Below are positions 7,752 through 13,753 of a DNA stretch of 13,753 nt, piece after piece (positions within the stretch are counted from its first letter, which is position 1; each line of letters starts with the position of its first letter). The DNA comes from a virus (Duplodnaviria > Heunggongvirae > Uroviricota > Caudoviricetes), in the IMG/VR virus record IMGVR_UViG_3300029181_000068, positions 1-13,753 of that record; one strand, 5' to 3'. The notes under the pieces are model-generated. The model made no database searches and was not told the origin of the DNA. It worked only from the letters and a program-made list of their open reading frames with translations. Made by a program: the position numbers and the translations under genes.

Positions 7752-8776
7752 TGGGAAAGAGTAAGAAAAACCGCGCTGCGGCGACGAATCAGCTCAAGCA
7801 TAAAAGCCAAACTTCAGCCGAAGCATTCAGCTTTGGCGATCCCGTTCCTGTTCTGGACCGCCGTGAACTGCTGGACTATGTGGAATGCGTACAGATGGAT
7901 CGCTGGTATGAGCCGCCCGTCAGCTTTGACGGACTGGCACGAACCTTCCGCGCCGCCGTGCATCACAGCTCACCAATTGCGGTGAAATGCAACATTCTGA
8001 CCAGTACCTACATCCCTCACCCGCTGCTCAGCCAGCAGGCTTTTTCACGTTTTGTGCAGGACTATCTGGTATTTGGTAACGCCTACCTGGAGAAACGCAC
8101 GAACCGCTTCGGTGAAGTTATCGCCCTTGAGCCTGCTCTGGCAAAATACACCCGACGCGGGTTAGACCTGGATACCTACTGGTTTGTGCAATACGGTATG
8201 ACAACCCAGCCGTATCAGTTCACGAAAGGCAGCATTTTTCATCTGATGGAACCTGACATCAACCAGGAGATCTACGGCCTACCAGGTTATCTTTCTGCCA
8301 TTCCGTCAGCCCTGCTCAACGAGTCCGCCACGCTGTTCCGCCGGAAGTATTACATTAACGGCAGCCATGCAGGCTTCATCATGTACATGACCGATGCCGC
8401 GCAGAACCAGGAGGATGTGAACAACCTCCGCAATGCGATGAAAAGCGCCAAAGGCCCTGGCAACTTCCGCAACCTGTTTATGTACTCGCCTAACGGCAAA
8501 AAGGACGGGCTTCAGATCATCCCGTTGTCAGAAGTCGCGGCGAAGGATGAATTTCTGAACATCAAGAACGTCAGCCGTGATGACATGATGGCGGCACACC
8601 GCGTACCGCCTCAGATGATGGGAATTTTGCCGAATAATGTTGGGGGTTTTGGTGATGTGGAGAAGGCGAGCTGCGTCTTCGTAAGAAATGAACTATTACC
8701 ACTTCAAAAAAGATTCATGGAAATAAACAGATGGCTTGGTCATGAAATTATAAATTTTGAAATATATACATTATAA
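7751..8776 (+). CDS. Q: Portal (capsid portal vertex) protein, P2 gpQ family; last ~30 codons AT-rich
   Basis: The ORF track starts at TTG 7748; the likely start is ATG 7751 (MGKSKKNR...), overlapping the P stop as TGATG. 341 aa; P2 gpQ is ~344 aa. Portal-like throughout (GNAYLEKR, YWFVQYG, GLPGYLSAIPSALLNE, YYINGSHAGFIMYMTD, MMGILPNNVGGFGDVEKA). Codon usage turns AT-rich from ~8680 (AGA, CTA, TTA, ATA codons). Confidence 0.95.
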   Translation: MGKSKKNRAAATNQLKHKSQTSAEAFSFGDPVPVLDRRELLDYVECVQMDRWYEPPVSFDGLARTFRAAVHHSSPIAVKCNILTSTYIPHPLLSQQAFSRFVQDYLVFGNAYLEKRTNRFGEVIALEPALAKYTRRGLDLDTYWFVQYGMTTQPYQFTKGSIFHLMEPDINQEIYGLPGYLSAIPSALLNESATLFRRKYYINGSHAGFIMYMTDAAQNQEDVNNLRNAMKSAKGPGNFRNLFMYSPNGKKDGLQIIPLSEVAAKDEFLNIKNVSRDDMMAAHRVPPQMMGILPNNVGGFGDVEKASCVFVRNELLPLQKRFMEINRWLGHEIINFEIYTL

Positions 8777-8781
8777 AACCC

Positions 8782-8804
8782 AACGGCATCACAATGATGC
8801 CGTT
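8782..8804. terminator. Hairpin between convergent Q and the PIN-like gene; probable intrinsic terminator for the minus-strand gene
   Basis: AACGGCATC-acaat-GATGCCGTT: 9-bp perfect stem with a 5-nt loop. On the minus strand it is followed by GGGTTTTAT. No T-run follows it on the plus strand. Confidence 0.4.
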
Positions 8805-8813
8805 ATGAACGAA

Positions 8814-9875
8814 TTAATATTCAAAATTATTTTCTTCAATAGAGAACTCAATCCCTCGGGATAACTTATCAATATTCACATCAAATGCGATATCTGTTAA
8901 TTCACCATCCTCGATTTCATACATAACTTCAATTTCAATATCGAAACTAATCTCTTGAACTTCAGTTCGTGTGGTTGTCTCCATTGGAATCATTACTTTA
9001 TCTTCGCTATCCCAATACCCATTATTAAAGTCTGGACCAGAAACAGTAACTTCAAAATCTACAGAAACAGAGAAGGTCGCTAGACAATAATTATTGTCAA
9101 TCTTAATTATTGATGGTTCAAAGTCATCAATATTGACGACTTCAAATGAATCCAATTCAGCGTCTTCCCAAGTTGAAACGTTATATCCATCGGCATCATT
9201 GAGTTGGGCAATTACGTCCGCTCTTATGTCTTCACGTTTGCTTTCGATAAACTGCATCAATTTATTACTTAATTCGTTTGTATGCGTATTGTATTCACCT
9301 AGAAACTTATCAAGTGAATCAATTTGATGAAGATTGTTTTTACCATCACAATAATTTTTTAAGTCACTATCCTCAGAAATGATATACACATCTTCATCAT
9401 TAACAAATCGCTCTACCGCAGCTAAAGTGATTGCATCAGGAAACTCACTTTTTTTCTTATTTTGCCCAAATGGTGGTTCTTTGCCAAAGTATTTATCTAA
9501 AACCTCATTAAGATCTATCACTTCTATTGTAGCTAATTTGGCGTGACATCCTTTCAAAAAATCATCAAAAACTTTTTGTGCTGCTTCGTGAATTTCATGT
9601 TCGTTAAATTGCTGAAAAAAACCATGGAGCGGTCCATTATCAATACTATTCAAAAGCCTAGCTTTTCTTTGTACTGTGTTTATAGCCTGCAGAGCATCCT
9701 TTATTGATTCCTCTATTTTACCTTTTACTTCTCTCTCTACAACTGTAGTTGTAATTAAGACTAAATCACCTTTCGCACATAATTCATGGAAAGCTTTAAA
9801 TGCTACCCCCTCAAAATGAAGACCAGCCTTTACGTACGTTTGTGTGTCAATAAATACCTTATTTGTTTTAAGCAT
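8814..9875 (-). CDS. PIN-like nuclease-domain protein with an acidic C-terminal domain; candidate stand-alone defence or abortive-infection gene
   Basis: 353-aa ORF in AT-rich DNA. ATG 9875-9873 with AGGA 5 nt upstream. N-terminal ~170 aa carry PIN-like acidic motifs (KVFIDTQ; LVLITTTVVEREV; EFPDAITLAAVERFV; VYIISEDSDL). C-terminal ~150 aa are very Asp/Glu-rich with alternating hydrophobics (FDIEIEVMYEIEDGELTDIAFDVNID). Domain call is by motif pattern only. Confidence 0.7.
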   Translation of the reverse strand: MLKTNKVFIDTQTYVKAGLHFEGVAFKAFHELCAKGDLVLITTTVVEREVKGKIEESIKDALQAINTVQRKARLLNSIDNGPLHGFFQQFNEHEIHEAAQKVFDDFLKGCHAKLATIEVIDLNEVLDKYFGKEPPFGQNKKKSEFPDAITLAAVERFVNDEDVYIISEDSDLKNYCDGKNNLHQIDSLDKFLGEYNTHTNELSNKLMQFIESKREDIRADVIAQLNDADGYNVSTWEDAELDSFEVVNIDDFEPSIIKIDNNYCLATFSVSVDFEVTVSGPDFNNGYWDSEDKVMIPMETTTRTEVQEISFDIEIEVMYEIEDGELTDIAFDVNIDKLSRGIEFSIEENNFEY

Positions 9876-10001
9876 ACTAATCCTAATAAGTTTTAAGATC
9901 CGCTACAATTGTTTATGTTTATTTTTTATCAATAATCATACGTAGTTAAGATTATCCATGTCGAAAAATTAAATCAACTTCAATTTATCCTTAAGCGCGC
10001 G

Positions 10002-10020
10002 CTCGTATCCCCGCCACGCC
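10002..10020 (-). other. Candidate cos site (19-nt cohesive end, P2/186-like)
   Basis: Minus strand reads GGCGTGGCGGGGATACGAG followed by CGCGCGCTTAAGG. The P2 left end as I remember it is GGCGAGGCGGGGAAAGCAC then TGCGCGCTGACGG (about 24 of 32 matches; position 5 T as in phage 186). Orientation fits P2: cos, then Q and P transcribed toward cos. It is a GC-rich patch inside otherwise AT-rich accessory DNA. Confidence 0.5.
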
Positions 10021-10382
10021 TGCCCGCTTTATGTAGTGGTTTTCATGCACCTGCATGACATAAGCAAAAGCACGCCAGTTCTGGCTGACTTCAGCAAAAA
10101 CGATCCTCAAACGATCATGCGATCTCATGCGTCATAGTCATGCGCTGCCAAGGGAAGCGTAAATCCGTATCTGAATGACTGCTGAAAAGCGAATCATACG
10201 GGTTTACAAAGATGAAAGTTCGCTGTGAGCGAGAAGCGAACCTTGCAACTTTGTTGGCACAGTTTTAACACCAATTTTTTGAGGATAGCTAGAAAACTTG
10301 TGGCATAAAGGATCAGTTTCCCGATCGAACTTTTTATCAAGAAGGGCTCATAGCAATCGCCAGAAGAAGTGATGTTAAAGTA

Positions 10383-10411
10383 TTGAGCTCGGCGTTAAGA
10401 TTAAATAAATT
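10383..10411 (+). promoter_or_regulatory. Candidate sigma70-type promoter for the SIR2-HerA operon
   Basis: TTGAGC, 17-nt spacer, TAAATT, about 35 nt upstream of ATG 10445 (RBS AAGGA at 10435-10439). Weak match in AT-rich DNA; other candidates exist. Confidence 0.25.
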
Positions 10412-10444
10412 ACAGACTAATCCAATGTTTTGTGGAAGGATAAG

Positions 10445-11488
10445 ATGGCAGTCAAGCGCGCATACTACGGTAACGATAGTGACCGAGACTACTTAGAGCG
10501 GATATTTCAGTCAGCTAACATTAACTTTCTCATCGGATCAGGTGCATCCCTCCCAGCGATTAAAGTACTGGGGACAATCGAAACGGATCTTCAGCAGCTT
10601 ATTAATGATGAACAGGAAGATGAATACTTAAGGATGGCAGCTGACTTTTTGTCAGATGTTTGGCTACCTCATGAATGCATGTTGAAGCGCGGCTACGGCA
10701 CCCCCTTCGCACCTCAGGTGATCACCGATTTGGAATGTACCCGTGCAAATTATGATGCATTTATGTCTTCTCTGGAAAAGATACTGACCCGCCGCCGAAC
10801 TGGCCTACTTCCGAGGCGTATTAACGTTTTTACAACTAATTATGATTTATTCATCGAAGAAGCTGCCACACGTAATAACAATATTCTTTTTAATGATGGA
10901 TTCAATAGAAGAGCAAGTATTTTGGGAGATGCGGAATTTGATGCGGGTAGCTTTAATCATTCTGTAAGTGCAACCGGAAATCTGTATAATTATAAAGTTG
11001 AGCTTCCTACTGTTAACCTTATAAAACTTCATGGTTCGCTCTCTTGGCAGCATTCTAAAGGGAAAATCATTTATCGTATTGCAGATATTAAGCCGCTTGA
11101 CTTTCCCACCCTAGCCGAAATGAAAGGATGGGTACTTGCTCATGCACTTATTCTTCCACGTAAGGAGAAGTTTAAAGAGACTCTACTACAGAACGTTTAT
11201 TATGATTTACTGAGAACCTATTCCAACGAGCTTGATAAAGAAGCAACTTTACTAATTGTCTTTGGGTTCTCGTTTGCTGATGAGCACATTGAAACGATAA
11301 CTAAAAAAGCCCTGCGCAACGCCACCCTGAAGCTACTGATCTTTGCTTTCGATGAGGCCAGTGTTAACGGCTTTATGGAGAAATTTCGGGATTACTCAAA
11401 CGTAGAGATTATTTATCGGCCGGGAAGAAATGTTGATTTTCCGGTAATGAATAACATTATCACGTGCTATCTGGGAGGCTCGAGATGA
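10445..11488 (+). CDS. SIR2-like (sirtuin-fold) NAD-binding protein, defence-associated type
   Basis: ORF track starts at TTG 10430; the likely start is ATG 10445 (MAVKRAYYG...), 5 nt after AAGGA. 347 aa. Sirtuin-like motifs: Gly-rich loop FLIGSGAS (10532-10549), VFTTNYDLFIEEA (TQN-like) and IKLHGSLSW (catalytic His region). AT-rich codon usage. Stop TGA at 11486-11488 overlaps the HerA ATG. Confidence 0.9.
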   Translation: MAVKRAYYGNDSDRDYLERIFQSANINFLIGSGASLPAIKVLGTIETDLQQLINDEQEDEYLRMAADFLSDVWLPHECMLKRGYGTPFAPQVITDLECTRANYDAFMSSLEKILTRRRTGLLPRRINVFTTNYDLFIEEAATRNNNILFNDGFNRRASILGDAEFDAGSFNHSVSATGNLYNYKVELPTVNLIKLHGSLSWQHSKGKIIYRIADIKPLDFPTLAEMKGWVLAHALILPRKEKFKETLLQNVYYDLLRTYSNELDKEATLLIVFGFSFADEHIETITKKALRNATLKLLIFAFDEASVNGFMEKFRDYSNVEIIYRPGRNVDFPVMNNIITCYLGGSR

Positions 11489-13344
11489 GCAGGCATTTTA
11501 CTGAAGAGGAAGCGGTGCTCCGTATAGGCGAAGTCTGTGAGGTTTCTGGACGCGCTGTGACAATTTTGGTCGATAAAAACAAAAATCTCAGTGACTTGTT
11601 TTATCAGGGAAAAGTTCTAAGAAATGTATCAGTGGGTAGCTTCATTGAGATCAAAAAAGGTTTCATGAGCCTGATCGGCAAGGTTGAAGCGGAACGAATC
11701 ATTGAGGAAAAACATCTCGCTGGGAGCGGCAGTGATGCCTGGCGATATCGGCGATACCTGACCTCTACTCTTACGGGTTACATTGATCGTACTGGTTGCT
11801 TCATTGGTGGTTCGCGTGAACTACCTCTCATCGGCAATGAAGTCTTCGTGGTAACTGAAGAGATGATACAGACGGTTCATCAGATAGCTGATGCAGACGA
11901 AACTGTAATGAGGTTTACTCGTACAGATCTTGAAGATATTGAAATTGCACTACCAATCAATGGTCTTATTAATTCCCACATTGCCATTTTCGGTAATACA
12001 GGCAGCGGAAAGTCAAATACCCTAGCCGCGCTATACAAAGCAGGTATTGCCCAAGTTAAACATATTCTCGGCAACCACTTTAGTGAAAGATGCAAATTTA
12101 TTCTATTCGACTTTAATGGAGAATATACTGCCCCACGCTGTATTACTGACGAGAAGACGGTTTATAATCTCAACACGCACCATGCAAATGGTGACAAACT
12201 TCCTCTACCCAGAGAGGTTCTACTTGAGCATGATATGCTCTCAGTTCTAACCGATGCAACAGACAAAACACAGAAACCTTTCCTGAAGAGAGTTCTTGAG
12301 TTTCGCAAGAAAGTGATGACTGCTGATAATCCTCTTGAGTTTATGCGCAATATCCTGAAGAAAAAAGTCAGACAAAATCTCTTTAGTAGCGACAAACCCA
12401 AATGCGATACTATAAATCAGTTTCTTAGCCCAATTTTCAAAGATGACCCAGAACTTATATCTGATCTTGAGTATCATTCAACTGCATATAAATGGAAATT
12501 GAGGGGTGGTAGTATTTTCAATACAGAAGCTGATACTGAGCGCTCCTATCTATTCAGTCTTGCAAGCAATTTTTCATTTAAAACTGATATGATTGAAGAA
12601 CTGTTGGACTTTATGTACTTACAGTTAATACAGGAATATTTATCTAACAAGTCTAACCCTGAACATATTTCACCAGTTATAAATAGAATGAGTGCTAACC
12701 GTAAAGATATAGCCAAAATATTTGATACTTCCGGACAGTCTGACTTTTGGGGTGAACATAATTTCACGGTTGTGAATCTAAATATGGTTAATATAACCAT
12801 GAAAAAAACGCTTCCTCTTTTGATAGCCAAGTGGGCTTACAATATGAAGAAAATGTCTACAGAGAAATCTACACTGCACATCATTATAGATGAAGCCCAC
12901 AATATTTTGTCTAATACTTCTTTTCGGGAAACGGAAAGTTGGAGAGATTATCGTCTGGAAACTTTTGAGGAAATCATAAAGGAGGGGAGAAAATTTGGAG
13001 TTTTTATCACAATTTCCAGTCAACGCCCTAATGATATATCGTCGACAATCATATCCCAAGCACACAATTATTTTATTCATCGCCTTATTAATCAGAATGA
13101 TCTGTACGCAATTGAAAAATCAGTATCATATATAGATCGACTGACTGAAGAGTCGATTCCAACGCTATCTACAGGAACCTGTATTTTTAGTGGTATCGTC
13201 TGCCCCATGCCGCTCAAATTAAGGGTAGCTGAACTTCCAATTGAAGAAAAACCTAAGAGTAATACTATTTCCTTCAACGATTTAATACCTGAGAGGCTGG
13301 GAGAGGATGACCAGAGCGACTACGTAATAACCAGCCCTCACTAA
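11485..13344 (+). CDS. HerA-like (FtsK/HerA superfamily) ATPase, partner of the SIR2-like protein
   Basis: ORF track starts at GTG 11464 inside the SIR2 gene; the likely start is ATG 11485 (MSRHFTEEE...), with GGGAGG 6 nt upstream and an ATGA overlap with the SIR2 stop. 619 aa. Walker A FGNTGSGKSNT (11992-12015), Walker B LHIIIDEAH (12880-12900), and a downstream FITISSQRPNDIS motif. AT-rich. Confidence 0.9.
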   Translation: MSRHFTEEEAVLRIGEVCEVSGRAVTILVDKNKNLSDLFYQGKVLRNVSVGSFIEIKKGFMSLIGKVEAERIIEEKHLAGSGSDAWRYRRYLTSTLTGYIDRTGCFIGGSRELPLIGNEVFVVTEEMIQTVHQIADADETVMRFTRTDLEDIEIALPINGLINSHIAIFGNTGSGKSNTLAALYKAGIAQVKHILGNHFSERCKFILFDFNGEYTAPRCITDEKTVYNLNTHHANGDKLPLPREVLLEHDMLSVLTDATDKTQKPFLKRVLEFRKKVMTADNPLEFMRNILKKKVRQNLFSSDKPKCDTINQFLSPIFKDDPELISDLEYHSTAYKWKLRGGSIFNTEADTERSYLFSLASNFSFKTDMIEELLDFMYLQLIQEYLSNKSNPEHISPVINRMSANRKDIAKIFDTSGQSDFWGEHNFTVVNLNMVNITMKKTLPLLIAKWAYNMKKMSTEKSTLHIIIDEAHNILSNTSFRETESWRDYRLETFEEIIKEGRKFGVFITISSQRPNDISSTIISQAHNYFIHRLINQNDLYAIEKSVSYIDRLTEESIPTLSTGTCIFSGIVCPMPLKLRVAELPIEEKPKSNTISFNDLIPERLGEDDQSDYVITSPH

Positions 13345-13357
13345 TTAACAAAGTGCT

Positions 13358-13377
13358 GAAGCGGTAACGACCGCTTC
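13358..13377. terminator. Hairpin downstream of HerA; possible weak terminator
   Basis: GAAGCGGT-aacg-ACCGCTTC: 8-bp perfect stem, 14 nt after the HerA stop (TAA 13342-13344). No clean T-tract on either side. Confidence 0.3.
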
Positions 13378-13488
13378 TAGCACAAAGCGGACGATCACTT
13401 ATCAAAATGCCCGCCCACCTTACGCCTCGTTTCACTCGTTGCCCAAACTAGCCCCCATCAGAATGAATCCTCCTGGAGGCAACGTTTC

Positions 13489-13722
13489 TTAATGCAGCCA
13501 GCTGTCGTCTTCCCACACTTTCTGCATAATTTTCATCACTTGTTTTCTTTCTTCATCCAGTTGCAGTCCGGTCAGTTCCACACCGTTAGAGCTACCTTTG
13601 CGGATACGAATTACCGTTTTGGGATACAGGGGGCGCAGATTGCGGTAAAGCTCGGATTCAAGGGCGTCCAGGGTAGACTGGCTAATCTTCTGCTCTTTAT
13701 CGATCATTATTTCAATGCGCAT
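13489..13722 (-). CDS. DinI-like family protein
   Basis: Track ORF starts at ATG 13746; the likely start is ATG 13722-13720 (MRIEIMIDKEQ...), with GAGGTG 6 nt upstream. 77 aa. Resembles E. coli DinI (MRIEVTIAK..., ~81 aa) in length, N-terminus and acidic C-terminus (WEDDSW). Backbone-like GC content. Confidence 0.8.
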   Translation of the reverse strand: MRIEIMIDKEQKISQSTLDALESELYRNLRPLYPKTVIRIRKGSSNGVELTGLQLDEERKQVMKIMQKVWEDDSWLH

Positions 13723-13753
13723 AAAAGTCACCTCAACTGATGACATCCATTGA

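Noticed and set aside
9094-9327. 77-aa plus-strand ORF inside the PIN-like gene, and 10847..11053 minus-strand ORF inside the SIR2 gene
   Set aside because: Nested antisense ORFs in AT-rich coding DNA; low-complexity products.
10046-10141. 31-codon plus-strand ORF (MHLHDISKST...) in the cos-proximal non-coding region
   Set aside because: No RBS; it overlaps the repeat elements and has no protein-like features. Chance ORF.
10430-10444. ORF-track N-terminal extensions from alternative starts (SIR2 at TTG 10430, Q at TTG 7748, HerA at GTG 11464, DinI-like at ATG 13746)
   Set aside because: In each case an in-frame ATG with a better-placed Shine-Dalgarno sequence and/or stop-start overlap lies just downstream (10445, 7751, 11485, 13722).
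11880-13277. Minus-strand ORFs of 61-100 aa within the HerA gene (11880..12095, 12162..12401, 12247..12477, 12546..12830, 12778..13080, 13092..13277) and plus-strand 12047..12250
   Set aside because: All lie inside the HerA-like coding region, whose Walker A and B motifs identify the true frame.
13492-13740. 82-aa plus-strand ORF overlapping the DinI-like gene
   Set aside because: Antisense partner of the DinI-like frame; the minus-strand product matches DinI in length and termini.
1-13753. Scan for CRISPR arrays, tRNA/tmRNA, integrase/attachment sites and IS elements
   Set aside because: No regularly spaced direct repeats, no cloverleaf-like candidates, and no integrase or transposase-like ORFs in the window.

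Overview
This window is part of a P2-like (Peduovirus-type) prophage with GC-rich enterobacterial-style composition, read across its internal cos region. All homology calls are from reading the translations against remembered P2 proteins; no database search was run. Left to right: a tape-measure-like gene running off the left edge (minus), then fragments of tail/baseplate genes I, J and V (minus) that look fused by internal deletions, with W, H, G, the sheath/tube genes and the whole L-to-S/lysis block absent. The head/packaging module is intact: M, N, O (minus), a divergent late-promoter region with a TGT-N12-ACA box, then terminase ATPase P and portal Q (plus). The last ~30 codons of Q switch to AT-rich codons and lead into an AT-rich accessory region. 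That region holds a convergent PIN-like nuclease-domain gene (8814-9875, minus), a ~570 bp non-coding stretch with a candidate P2/186-like cos 19-mer (10002-10020), a SIR2-like + HerA-like ATPase operon (10445-13344, plus) and a DinI-like gene (minus). The most interesting content is this cargo on both sides of cos: a SIR2-HerA pair of a known anti-phage type, and a PIN-domain protein with an acidic C-terminal domain that I cannot assign to a named family. No tRNA, rRNA, CRISPR array, integrase or transposase was seen.
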